DNA of 61,938 nucleotides, filler included, from Sphacelaria rigidula (GCA_964200075.2; 9 parts of 9 records of this genome joined end to end with filler, not necessarily neighbours in it); one strand, 5' to 3'; shown: positions 26,156 to 38,394, numbered from the whole stretch's first letter. Notes: generated by a model not told the origin, from the sequence alone. Program-made: numbers and translations.

Positions 26156-27475
26156 GTGAGGGTTTCACGAAAAAGGAACTGAGACGAGTTGCTTGTTTTC
26201 CCGATGTGGCGTGCGAAAATTGCCAAAAGTGCTCACGTGGCGCAGTAGAACTGACAGTCATGTCAGTCAGCGGTGGGGGGGTGGGTGTACCCAAGGTCTT
26301 GCATGCCGTAGTGATCACACCATTGGTCTTGCATTTCCAAACAGCCGGCAAGGAGCACGCCGGGTTCCCGCCGGATCAGGCTCGCAGTCACCGAGCGCGA
26401 AGCGCCGTCGCATGAGGGGTGAGCTGCATCCTGCTAAGATTGTTCGGCCCGGAGCCTACTAATTATCTTGCATGTAGATGATGGCCTTCAATCAGTTGCT
26501 TCATTCTCTGGTATCGCCACTTTCAGAGAGAGCCACGGCTTACACACTGCTTCATGGGTGTTTCACCACTTATTTACTGCGTAGTAAGATCATCGCCTTT
26601 ACGCGAAATTGAGGGTTTTCCATCCCACGCATATAATATAACTTGACCACCATCATGGTTGCCGCAAAAGGAATGCAAGCGAGAGAATGAACGGCAACCT
26701 GGTTGCCTAGCTTTCGCAGTGAGTAACGTGTTTCTTAGCGTCGTTGCCAACCGACGCCAACCCTTGAAGCGAGAGTAGGGGGGTATGAAAGTCACCACGA
26801 GCCAGGCCAACCCGCAATCCTTTAGCTCACGATAACCTTTTCAGCTTCCAGAATCGACACGATTTGTTTATATCGCTGTAAACTGCAGACCGATCTGATG
26901 ATGCACGCTCTGCTGCCAAATAAAAAAATAAAAAAATAAATGTACTGTGGAGGCCACGTATGTATGAGCGTAATGACATCCACTTACACATGTAAAGCCG
27001 GAGAGACAATCACAGGAACGAAGCCCGCCGGTGACACACATGAGCGAACTCGAAACGTTCAAACCTGTGAAACTGGATCTTCAGCAAACCTAGGCAACGG
27101 GATCTCCGGTACAAGAGCTCAGAATAACAGGAGTCACCGCATGAATCCTGGTTGAACGGACCGGTACGCCGTACCGACCCGTTCACTGGTTCTTCTAGCC
27201 TACCCTTGACCACGGTCGAACCCTTGCCTGAACGTTGGAGAGAAAATCACGCCTCGCTTTGGGGATTCTTCGGCAGCAGGGTACGACAACGTTCTACTGC
27301 CCCACCTCGAGCGAAGGCTGTTTCACAGTACTGTATGATTGAATTACCTGAACGATGGAACCGGATTCTGCAAAAAACGCAAGTGTTTATCGGGCTTCGA
27401 ACTCGTGACATTTACCCTCTTAACAGTGTTTTCGTGAGATTGAGAGTAGATGATACGATTGAGGGTGAAAAGCGG

Positions 27476-27575
27476 NNNNNNNNNNNNNNNNNNNNNNNNN
27501 NNNNNNNNNNNNNNNNNNNTTAATTAATTAANNNNNNNNNNNNNNNNNNNNNNNNNNNNNNNNNNNNNNNNNNNN
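27476..27575. other. Artificial contig spacer
   Basis: N44-TTAATTAATTAA-N44. Confidence 0.98.
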
Positions 27576-27637
27576 CCCCCCCGCCACCTGGGTGGGCGCC
27601 GCCGCGCGCGGGCGGGGGGGGGCGGGGGGGGGGGGGG

Positions 27638-27674
<37 letters not shown>

Positions 27675-28222
27675 TACCTGACGGTATCGCCGGAAATGGG
27701 ACAGCGTCGCCGCGCAGCATGACTGATCGGCATAAATCGGATGCAGCATGCTCACGAAACTCTCAGGAGGTGTGGTTCCCCGTTGCTCACTCACCGACAG
27801 TCAGCTTTCAATACCATGTATGACAGCCACATGTGCTCCCCTTATCCAACAAAATCACAGATTGCAACATTAAAATTGCTGCAACCCCACCGCAGCCCCA
27901 TCCATTCAACACAATATCAAACAGAAGAAGGATTATTCGGGATTGCGGTTGATGCACGGGCCTCGGGATCATAACAAACGAGGGGGGACAGAGGCACATG
28001 ACTATTGACGCGAACCTGCTTCGCCGAAGATCTTGGTATCATACCTGTGCGTTGACCACTCTCCCACACATCGTTCATCCGGTCCAAGTAGGATTCCAGT
28101 ACGTCCTCGCCCATGTCTCCGCACGAAGCATATGACTCCTCCGATGACGTGCTGCTACGGCACTCACAGTCTTCATCTGAGGTCGCCTTTGCTTCGTCGC
28201 CTCTGTCACCCCCGGGATCCAC

Positions 28223-28692
28223 TTAATTGGCCATCACCAATTCCAACACTTCGCTAACCGGTACGTTTTGCGTGTCGATAGCCGGATCGCACCGCCCCGT
28301 ACACCCACATAGTATGGGATGGCAAGCCTTCCCAAGCTTCGCGAATTTGCAGTTGCGTTGGCACCTGTATTTCTCGCCCGCCAATGGGTTACACCCGCAC
28401 AGAAGATGATTAATCCTCCCCGTGGGGTCAATGCGCGCGTGTTCCGATAAGTTGACAACAACATTGTCCTTCGTCATGGGCGTTTGTGCGTTTTCGGAAG
28501 TCGTACTCCAACCGCGATTGTTGAACTCCACGTACGCCATGGACTCCTCCATACCCCCCATCCAATATGCCAACACAACTCCAGCTCGCTGCCCTCTAAG
28601 TACCTGTGCGATGGAGGCGCATGATGCCAACACAACAAGTCATCGTAATGTTGGGAAAGCACTCTCTTTGGGCTGGAGCCTCACTTTTGCGG
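28223..28692 (-). pseudogene. Cys-rich C-terminus resembling the Academ (AcademX) transposase Cys8 finger, frameshifted
   Basis: APPSHRYL (one frame), then QRAGVVLAYW...RGW...LCGCNP...RCQRNCK...KACHPILCGCTGRC (another frame), followed by an acidic tail (27917-28222). Confidence 0.45.
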
Positions 28693-28695
28693 TCA

Positions 28696-29511
28696 GGGCG
28701 TGTCTCACTTTTTTTTTCGGTCGAAAAAATGGGGCGGTGGGCTCGATTTAAGCTAAATTCTCTCGTTTTGATGCAGTTTGGTCCAGATGGATATTCAAGC
28801 TTTTTATTGAAAAAATGCAGTGAAAATCTTGAAACGGTACATGGTCACTCGTGAACAGTACAGACACTCTGTATTGTCTGCACTGCTTGCAAGTAGTGTC
28901 TTGGTTGCGTATGTGCGTGCTTCGTTCAGGAGGATATCAAAGAGAAGCGGGCAACGTGCAGTGCAGACAGCGCAGAACTATCAGTTCTCTCTCCTTACCA
29001 TGCGACGTGAAGAGGACCTCAGCAACGTGCAGCTTTGTGCTGCCTGCACAGCCCATGAGCGTGCACGTAACTCGGTTGCCCACCGTACCACGCAGTTCCG
29101 TCGCTGATGCCTAGCATGAGAGAAGATGCGCAAGTTTTCGCCAACAAAAGTAAACAAAGCACACCCAACCACTGCAATGCACATATCCCTGGGCTCAACT
29201 CGTGCTCTATGCTGCAGCGTTGCGGTGGTAGCTGGGAATGAGTTGGATGGGGTTTGCATGGCCCTGTGAACAGGTGTTATCTGGCGTGGTGGTCAATAAG
29301 ATAGGAGTCAAGTGCCGTTTTGTGCCTTTCGACCGCATGTTCTCGATTGAAAACGATTGTTTTGTACTTCGATGCATTCCTCTTCGCGCGCCGCAAATTA
29401 TAATTTTGAGTTGAAGCCTTCTGGGAACATGAATGCGGTGGACCTATCAGATGGGCGAAAACAAATCGACCGCACTTTTTCGATCCAAAATAAAAGTGCG
29501 ACGACACGCCC
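28696..29511. mobile_element. PIF/Harbinger-type MITE, family A copy 2 (complete)
   Basis: Perfect 9-bp termini GGGCGTGTC...GACACGCCC, with TCA on both flanks (28693-28695, 29512-29514). Confidence 0.85.
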
Positions 29512-30059
29512 TCAACCTCATCTCTGCAATCGGCTGTTGGTAAGATGGACGTGGGGACACGCTGAGATAATGCCCCGCCCCTTCAGGCTGCGTTCGTATC
29601 ACGAGCACAACCGACATAAAGGCACAGGCTTCACATATCAGCTGCCTGACCAATGTGGTCTAGCGCCAGGGCACCGGTGGTTGCGTCGCCCGCTTCATAC
29701 ACCTGCTTCGACAGTCCCAGGGGCGCTGCAAATAACACGGGCGGATCGGGGTGCAACGCCTCTTGCAGCCCGATACCGACGGTGTCGGCGTGCGTGGTCA
29801 CCCTCCCTGTGGGTTAATGAGCGTGCCCTGAAGGTGTTCATGTTCGGTACAGTGTACAGTACTGAAACCAACAGCACGCTACGTAACCCTTTGGTGTATG
29901 CTGACACTCGAAGACAGTAATTTACGGTAGAGTAAGTATAGCACAACAGCTACTGTACTTCAAAAACAGTACAATAAATTACTGTACACCAAATACAGTA
30001 CAGTAAGTGCAGAAGCGTGCAGCTGTGCATGGCAGTGGTTATATTGGAATTTATCAAGA

Positions 30060-30823
30060 TGTTATTATGATCTCTGTATGACCCGACCCGCTCACTAATA
30101 ACCCCGGGCCAGTCAACCCGGACCGTCTTCCCGGGCCTGTCACCCTGGGACTGCCATCATCCAATCCCCAGTCTGGGAGTGTCATTCTCCCATGTCTAGA
30201 TGTTCCCTCGTGGGTGCATCCCCCCTTCGTCAGTTCTGTACCTCAACCCAAACCGGCTTGCAAAGTCCATCCTGTTCAAGTCCACGTCACGGCTCCGCAC
30301 ACTCCGTACCCTTTCACTGAGTGAGAAGCTACAACCTACACACACACACCGTCCGGGTAGGATAAGTCACAATCACTGTCCGACTATGTCTTATATTGGC
30401 GTCGACGGTAGGACACAAACCTACGCGTGAGATCACAATGGGTTTCGAATCCATTTCCTTGACCACTCGGACACGTCGACGCCAATATAAGACATAGTCG
30501 GACAGTGATTGTGACTTATCCTACCCGAACGGTGTGTGTGTGTGTAGGTTGTAGCTTCTCACTCAGTGAAAGGGTACGGAGTGTGCGGAGCCGTGACGTG
30601 GACTTGAACAGGATGGACTTTGCAAGCCAGTTTGGGTTGAGGTACAGAACTGACGAAGGGGGGATGCACCCACAAGGGAACATCTAGACACGGGAGAATG
30701 ACACTCCCAGACTGGGGATTGGATGATGGCAGTCCCAGGATGACAGGCCCGGGAAGACGGTCCGGGTTGACTGGCCCGGGGTTATTAGTGAGCGGGTCGG
30801 GTCATACAGAGATCACAATAACA
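30060..30823. mobile_element. Inverted pair of ~340-bp LTR-like arms around a tRNA copy
   Basis: Arms ~30060-30396 and ~30485-30823 are reverse complements. By eye they differ by about six transitions and one CA unit. Outer termini are TGTT...AACA. Confidence 0.85.
30397..30480 (-). tRNA. tRNA-Ser(CGA) copy with encoded 3' CCA (probable retro-copy, non-functional)
   Basis: Acceptor GTCGACG/CGTCGAC + G + CCA; D arm TCCGAGTGGTCAAGGA; anticodon arm ATGGA-TTCGAAA-CCCAT; long variable arm TGTGATCTCACGC; T arm GTAGG-TTTGTGT-CCTAC with a damaged B box. Confidence 0.85.
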
Positions 30824-32700
30824 TATCCCCCCAGCTACAGCGGTGTTAGCGCGCGACTCCGCTGAAGCTAAAGACTGGTATTTGAACCTCTAGGGACAAG
30901 ACCTGACGAGTTTACTAATATCCAATCCACTAATGTGGTATGAGACGTTCCACGAGACGATGTGGATATATGCGCACATTAGAGAACACTTGCAAAGACT
31001 TGTACGAGACAATACCGCGACTTCTTTCTTTTTCAGAATAGATCCTCAACGGAGGAGCAAATACATATATATTGTAGTCAATTTAACGACAAACCTGCAG
31101 GGTTGTTTTTACACATATATTTGCAGACATACGCGTATGTGGGGCAGAACGATTTCTTGCCAAGACTTAGTCACTTGTGACGGACGTGTGACATCTGGAA
31201 AAATGTGTGACGACTGAAGTATGGTGAAAAACGTGATGAAACCGTGATAGGTTTACTTTGGTCAAAGACTTGAATATTTTTACCATGACTTGAGCATGGT
31301 CATGTTTGAACTGACTTTGACAAGACGTGGCCGTGAAAAAAAATGTTGGCGAAACGAGACAAGACAAGAGATGACTGGTGTGGGTAAAACATTATGTATT
31401 CTGGGGTCTTAATCCAACAGCGTTCATCATCTTGTTTGCCCAGTGATCAATGCATCAGTGGAACGTACGATGGTGAATATCGAAGAAAATATTGGTGTTC
31501 TCTGATACAACCACCTGGGGTCCTAATCCAACAGGTGGTGATGACTGACGGCGCACGACGGTGGACGTGGACAGTCGGCCCGACAAAACAGACGATATAC
31601 AAGAAGACATATGTACACCCAAGCCCTAACTGAGGGTGCGGTATATCACCCTAGTTGACTCACACAAGACAAGGTAAACCATGTTCGACGTGGTTCGCAA
31701 CGGCGAAGACCAGATATGGTGTATGAAACACCAGCGGCAAGGATATATGCCGCTATAACTAGTATATACGAACGGCACAAAAATACGGGACGACAACTTG
31801 CCAAAAACATACAAGAAAAAACTGACGACTACTGGTAGCAATCACAGCGCTGCTAATTCTTTACTGTACGGGGAGCATCAAACGCAGATGGGTCCGCCGA
31901 CAAATTGACTGCCCGGTACGACTCTATCATTTCCCGGCACTGCGGAACTTCTCTATGATGCTTCCAAACCAAGAAACTGGTCACTTGTCAAACTTCAAAC
32001 TTCACACGGTCCAACTTCACCACCAGGGGTGCCTGCGGATCATCGTGTCGTGCATCTTGCGCCCCAAACCATTTGACGCAGTTTTTCGTCCCATGGAATC
32101 TATATATGATGGGCAACACCGTCTCCGTGCTGTAGACCCAGATGGACCTGCGTGGACGCCACACATCGACATACCAGTGTCTCCGCAGCATACGGGTGCT
32201 CAGCAACAGTATCCTGACCACCCAACGCGGTAATTTGTCACTTAAACCGTCACCTTTTCAGCCACGAACCAGCACCGACGCTCCTGCCTTCTTCAAACCT
32301 TCGCAGTGATGTCGCGTGTCGGACCGACACTCCTTGGTGGGGAGCTCCCCGGTCGTGTGAAGTACACCTACTTTGCGGCTGGTTCCACTTGTATGCGGGC
32401 TTACACCTACTCGTGATTTTTGTGTTTTCCGGCGTAACACTGATACTGTCGAGGGTGCTCCACGACCTTGTGGAATCTTTCCTTCGCGGGCTTTTGGGGG
32501 CGATTGCAGCAGATCCGCGCCGCTTTCTGCTCTCGGAATGGCTTCAAGTGTCACCCGTTATGCACCTACCAACTCTCCAACACTGCCAAGCACAACGGGG
32601 CACGCACTGCTCGGGAGGCCGACCTTGGGCAACACTGTCCAACGTTTTCAGGAAGTAGTGATACGACTCTGTACGACTGTCTGAAAATCTGGCTCACCTC
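30824..32700 (-). mobile_element. Decayed Ty3/Gypsy 3' internal region: integrase C-terminus/chromodomain-like segment, 3' UTR and polypurine tract
   Basis: On the minus strand GGGGGGATA directly precedes the TG of the right arm. Broken peptides GASVLVR...LSDKLPRW (GPY/F-like) and ...SFLVWKHHREVPQCREMIESYR (chromodomain-like) lie at ~31870-32290. Confidence 0.55.
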
Positions 32701-33964
32701 CCACAGATAAAAGTAACGCAAGGTGAGTTACAAGAGTTTCGCGCGAAGCGCGTTCATGGCCGAGCGTCATAAATCTGCACTCGGCAAAATATGAGGGCCC
32801 GTCTGAAATGAGGGGAAGAATTATCACATGGGACATCAAGGCAGACAGCTGCAACCATCAATAGCTTGGGATATGGCAGCTCCGTGTTAGCTCAGTTTGT
32901 TTGCCCCAACCTGCACGCGTCCGCCTTGCCTGTCTTCTCCGATCACAGCACCCGACTACAGCTGAAGTACCGAAGAAGACGCAACAGACAGCTGCACAGT
33001 CGTCACGTGATCGTTTCAACTTTGTGTACAGCCCTTTGATCCCACCCCACTTCTTTGTGGGCCGAAACACCGCATGCATCAGTACAAGTGCTGAGGCATT
33101 CTCCAGCGCACATCACACCATGTTTGTCGTGGAGTGTTTAAATGCACAACCGCACGACTACAGCATAGGAAAGATGGATGTGGCAAGCGCCTTGTTCGTT
33201 TTGACTGACGGCGAAACAGCCAACACACAACAGTGGTGTGCAGACAGCATTGCGTGCCGAAGAACATACTTTTCCTCGTTTTCTGTAAAGACGAAGGCGG
33301 TGACAGTCAGGTAACTGACGCAGTCCCAGCGGAGACCAAACCGTCTTCGCAAAGGTCCGAACACACCACAGCGCAGTGACAGCTACAGCGCATGAGAGAG
33401 AGCGTATGTTTGTGCTGCAGCACGATGAAACAGCACACGTCCCATGTGATAGTTCTTCCCCTCATTCCAGACGAGTGCTCAATTTTTGCCGAGTGCAGAT
33501 TTTTAAACGGTCGGCCATGATCGCGCTTCGTGCGAAAATCTTTCAATTCACCTTGAGTTGCCCTTCTCCTGCTCCGAACTTCCGTGCAAGCCGGATACAC
33601 GTCACGTTTGTTTTATGTTCTTCGTGCTGCTCGCTGTCTGTGTCAAGTTGTGCTCAACACTCGTTCTGTGTTCATATGCTACTGTGCTGACTTCATGAGA
33701 ACACCACTGTTACACCAACCGTTCTCGGCGTATGGTCTGGTGTGCGCCTTACGCGCGATGATGGAGCTGGTGTGGTATGTGCCGGGGGAAAGAAAACCCG
33801 AGCCTGTCGGCCAATAGCATGTACACCCAGAAGACCAAACCGAGGGAAGATCAGAACGTTCTTTTTGCTGCGGACTTTCGGGGGCAAATCTGCTTCCCAA
33901 ACCACCGTAATCCTAACCGTAATGCGGACTTGGGATTGTTGACCAATAGAAAAGACCGAGCCAA

Positions 33965-34202
33965 TCAATAAACTAGGAGGTAGATGGTGGCTAGAGACGG
34001 CGAGACAAGACGGGGATAAAATATCTAAAAGGTATTTGTGCAATGTATGGAAGGAACGTAATGAGCTATGGAAGAAACGTAATGGGCGTCGGAATGTTGG
34101 AGGTGTCTTTATCAGGAGTAGGAACGATGCGCCGTCTCAAAAGGGATGCGTGGTCAATGGTCAAACGACAAAGGCAAGCAACAAATGGGTATGCCCCCCC
34201 CC
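33965..34202 (+). mobile_element. LINE 3' end fragment
   Basis: Matches the reverse complement of ~35990-36200 and ends in GTATGCCCCCCC. Confidence 0.8.
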
Positions 34203-34368
34203 TCCGCCCCCCTCCTCTCCCTATGGACGCCACACTGATCTCGCCTCATTGCGGGTTGGGATTTTTTCCAAGGGCTATCTGGCACTTTTCCGCTTCCCTG
34301 GACGCCAGTTAACAGCGGATCCTGAAAAATGGAGCCCATCTCAAAAATGAGGTTGAAGTGGCATATCT

Positions 34369-34468
34369 NNNNNNNNNNNNNNNNNNNNNNNNNNNNNNNN
34401 NNNNNNNNNNNNTTAATTAATTAANNNNNNNNNNNNNNNNNNNNNNNNNNNNNNNNNNNNNNNNNNNN
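34369..34468. other. Artificial contig spacer
   Basis: N44-TTAATTAATTAA-N44. Confidence 0.98.
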
Positions 34469-34569
34469 CTGGTGTCGCCACTTCCCGAGACAGCCACAGC
34501 TTATACACTGCCTCATGGGTGTCTCACCATCACCCGGCGTATGAAGGGGGGATGTAATAACAACCAAAA

Positions 34570-35410
34570 CTTGTACTTCGCCGCACGTGAGGTGGCGAAA
34601 CTGTGGAGAACGGTAGAGGAGGATGATAAGCAGCGCAGATCCACTCTCCACCGCTCAAAAACAAGTAGGTGGGTTCGCAAGAATCGAAGAAACTGTCGAC
34701 GGCGGGAAGCACCGCGGCCGCGACTGCTGTATCCGGTGACAGTGGATCGAAATCCATAAAACCTCAAAAACCCGGCCTGGGGTACGCAGGCTGTTTCAAG
34801 TGTGGGGACAAAGGTAATTTCAGGAAGGACTGCAAAAAAGTCGAACAAGCCTGCGGCTACCGGGGGTGGGGATGGCGGACACGTGCAGCCGCCGCAGCAG
34901 CAATGACAGCAAATGGCGCAAGCTCAGCGGGGCGGGAGCAAAGATGTCCTACCCCCCACACGGACTGTTTTTACAGGGGATGAGAGTCAAAGGAACGTAA
35001 ACGGTGCTGATGTACTATGGTGCCGCTCGTGCCGTCTGTTCGGGCTCCTGCAGTACAGCCTCCGCCATTGACAGAAAAAGTTCAGCAGTGGACATCGGCG
35101 GCAGTGCCGGCGGAGCGGGGCTTACAGACTGCTTCAGACGTTGCAGAGCTAGAGGCAGATGCTTTGGACGTAGGAAAAAGGCTGCCGGGCTCATCTGTCT
35201 GTCCCAGGTTCCGCAGTACAGGCGGTATATCCGGTCAAGGCCGTGTTTGACGCTGGGGCTGGAGTGCCAATTATGTCTGAAATGGTGGTGTCTTGGCTGC
35301 AAAGCGCGTTTCCTGGGGTGTCAGTTGTCACACCAATGGCACGTGCACACTCGGTACTGCTGGCAGATGGGAACGTCAAAATCATGCAATCTAAAACGTG
35401 CATGGAGACA
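34570..35410 (+). mobile_element. Ty3/Gypsy gag-protease remnant
   Basis: Zinc-knuckle-like CFKCGDKGNFRKDC (His replaced by Asn) at ~34790-34835. Aspartic protease motif VFDAGAG...LLADG at ~35240-35380. Confidence 0.7.
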
Positions 35411-35429
35411 TGCTGCGACAGGGGGGGGG

Positions 35430-35968
35430 GGGGGGGGTACTCATTTTTTTTTTGGCTTGGTCGTTTGTTTATTGACCACCCATCCATTGTGAGAAAAAGC
35501 CCCGGTCCTNNNNNNNNNNAAATAAGTGCGCTATGCAAATTGAGGGGGTGGTGAGGGTGGGGGGGGGGGGGGTGGTGGGGGTGAGTCGTACTCATTTTTT
35601 GTGTGCCTTGGTCGTTTGATCATTGACCACGCATCCATTGCGAGACAAAGCACCGTTCCTACTCCTAATATAGAGCCACCTTCAACATTCCGCCGCCCAT
35701 TAAATTTCTTCCATACATTACGATACACAAAAACCTTTTACATATCTTATCCCCGTCCTGTCTCGCCGTCTCTGCCCACCAGCTATCTCCTACTGTATCC
35801 ATCCTTTCCTCCCTACTGTCTAACGCATCAAACGATTTCATGATATCTTCGTTCACGTCCCGCATTTCCCCCTCTGGTACGTCCCGGTCCTCCTTGTATA
35901 GTTCATATTCTGCCACTATATGACTTATCCTCTCTATTATTTTGCCACAGGGGCAGTTCTGTTCATCT
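35430..35968 (-). mobile_element. Additional tandem LINE 3' fragments
   Basis: 35585-35968 duplicates the 3' part of 35985-36400 (…HIVAEYELYKEDR…FDALDSRE). A short terminal piece lies at ~35435-35490, and a 10-N gap at 35510-35519. Confidence 0.8.
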
Positions 35969-35984
35969 ACTTCCTCCCACGACA

Positions 35985-38394
35985 GGGGGGGGGGGGGCGT
36001 ACTTATTTGTTGCTTGCCTTAGTCGTTTGACCATTGACCACGCATCTCTTTCGAGACGGAGCACCGTTCCTACTCCTGATAGAGAGCCACCTTCAACATT
36101 CCGCCGCTCATTACGTTTCTTCCATGTATCACACGAAAACCTTTTACGTATCTTTTCCCCGTCCTGCCTCGCCGTCTCCGGCCACCAGCTATCTCCTAGC
36201 ACAGCCATCGTTTTCTCCCTACTATCCAATGCATCAAACGATTCCATCCCACCTTCGTTCACGCCCCGCATTTCCCCCTCTAGCTTGTTCCGTTCCTCCT
36301 TGTATAGTTCACATTCTGCCACTATATGACTTCTGCTCTCCATTTCTTCACCACAAGGGCAGTTCTCTCCATCTACTTCCTCCTCCTTTCGACCACTGGT
36401 ATACATCCTTTGTCCCATAAGTCTGGTCGGTTATGTTTATACGAGCCCTTAACGTTGTCCGATCTGATTTTCGTTTTTTTCGATTCCTTCGCCGTTTTTT
36501 TAGGTATAACAACCTTTTGTTTTTTTGCAGCACGCTATTGAACCATGCGGCCGAACGGCCGCAAACAAATCAGTCGGCCAAAAAATGGCCGATTCTGCTT
36601 GTTGACCTTCTTCAGCGCCGCCACCTTGGTGAGCGTGAGGAGCGACGGACGTCCAGTTCTTGCGCTGTTCGAAAGGTCGACCTCCTGGGTAGCGTTCATC
36701 TGGGCTCTGGCGTTTTCCCACAATTTAGTCTGGTACTCGGGACCAACACCGCAGCGTTCGCAAATTGGCCCCAGTGAGCCCTCGGGCACCCTAGTCTTGC
36801 CCGGTGGAATAGCGAGCGCAACCTCCATCGCAATCGCATAGCGGCGACCCAATGGAAGCTCACCACGCGTTGTGCAGGGGGGGGGGGGGGGGGGGGCAGG
36901 GGGGGGCAGTTCCCACGGGTGTTGTTTTTGGGGGGGGGCGTACTCGGGGGCAAGTCCATCGTATTGTGATGTCTGTGGGCTAGATGTCGGGCGGTAATCA
37001 CGAATTCAAACAAAAATTCTCATGAAAATTCACGAAAATGGCCAAAATGGGGTATATTCTGACCTAATTTTAGTATTGAAAACGATGGGGTTTTTTTTTA
37101 TCCGCTGCGTCTGCGTTCTATCTTTCTATAGAACCCAACTATAGGGTAATCGTCAACACCGTTCCGCCCAAACAAAAAAACGCCCATAACCGACCAGACT
37201 TATGGGACAGAGGAAGTATCTCTTTTTTCTTTCTGGCAGGTTCAGGTCCCCCACCCGAAATCGCAGTTTCATATTTTTCGCAGCGTCGATTGGGTCAAAC
37301 GAATGTGCATTCATCCCTATCCCCTCTCTCAACCCCTCGTATATCTCCAGGAGGTGTTCTTCCTCGTCTACCTGGCGTGTGAGCGCTCCTTTTCCCCTTT
37401 TTTATATCATGTCTCTTACCTTTGTCTTGTACCCCACGCCTTCATCTATGGGCAGTATTTCGTCTTGGTTTCGTCCTATCTCCTTCCACAATTTATCGAT
37501 TTCTCTATCCCACCTTACTCCAGCCTTCCCTCTCGTACTTTTCTTTCATACAGCCCTATGAACTAAAGCTGTCAATCTCTTTCTCTGCAGCATGTTCTTT
37601 AAGCTACATCGTCATCTCAATTTCCTCACGTCTCTGTTTATTTTACGTGAGTACATTCCTAACCCTGCTCTCAAGACTATATTACTCGTCGTTTTCGAGC
37701 ATCCAAGCATTTTCTTACAGCTGTTGCTGCCATCTGTACTGTTTACAACTTTCCCACCAACTTCACGTTCCCCTCCCATACTTCTCCTGCATATTCTAGC
37801 TTTGGCACGATCACGTTCATCAGGATACATCTCTTAATCCTAGTCTAGGTGCGGGTCTCTGAGGATCACGTCCAACCTGCCTATCTGTGCCTTACCCTTT
37901 TCTACTACTTCGTTCATCTGCATATCCCAAGAACAGTGTTTCGAGATCTCTACGCCAAGGTATGTATACTAGTCTACGATCGGCAGTTCCTCTCCTCCCC
38001 ACTTCCATTCGAACTCTACTGGATTTTTCTTATCTTCGTTACAGACGAGAACCGCGCATTTATTTGTTGACATTCGCTGTCACTCGTCATTTTTTCCTAG
38101 TGTATTCTAGCGCCTTGTCTATCCGTTTCTGTAATCCTTCTGGTGTTTCTGAAATCCCCACAAAATCATCTGCGAACGTCAATCCCGATATCATATCTTC
38201 ACCCACCTTGAACCCTTGCGTTGCTACTTCTATTGCTATTATCAAGTCATTGATAAATACCTTGAACAAAGTGGGTGATAATATACATCCTTGTGCAACC
38301 CCTTGTAACGTATCTATCGAAATATTTCGATATTTCCCCGTCTAGGATCATGGCACTCTTGGCACATTCTGTCATCTTTTTCACCACTCTCAGA
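35985..38394 (-). mobile_element. 5'-truncated non-LTR retrotransposon (RT + C-terminal CCHC finger), interrupted by a mariner derivative
   Basis: GVAQGCILSPTLFKVFINDL...LTFADDFVG (RT core), LRFRVGDLNLPERKKRY, then TSGRKEEE...CPCG...ESRSHIVAEC. Stops and frameshifts are present. Confidence 0.9.
36404..37216 (-). mobile_element. Internally deleted Tc1/mariner (Stowaway-like TIR) element
   Basis: ~32-bp TIRs (CATCCTTTGTCCCATAAGTCTGGTCGGTTATG / CATAACCGACCAGACTTATGGGACAGAGGAAG) with TA on both flanks. ORF 36535-36852 resembles a mariner N-terminal HTH region (..GV...KLW...VDLS...GRPS). Confidence 0.85.

Noticed and set aside
30397-30480. Functional nuclear tRNA-Ser gene
   Set aside because: The B box is damaged (TTTGTGT), the anticodon stem has a mismatch, CCA is encoded and there is no oligo-T terminator; treated as a retro-copy.
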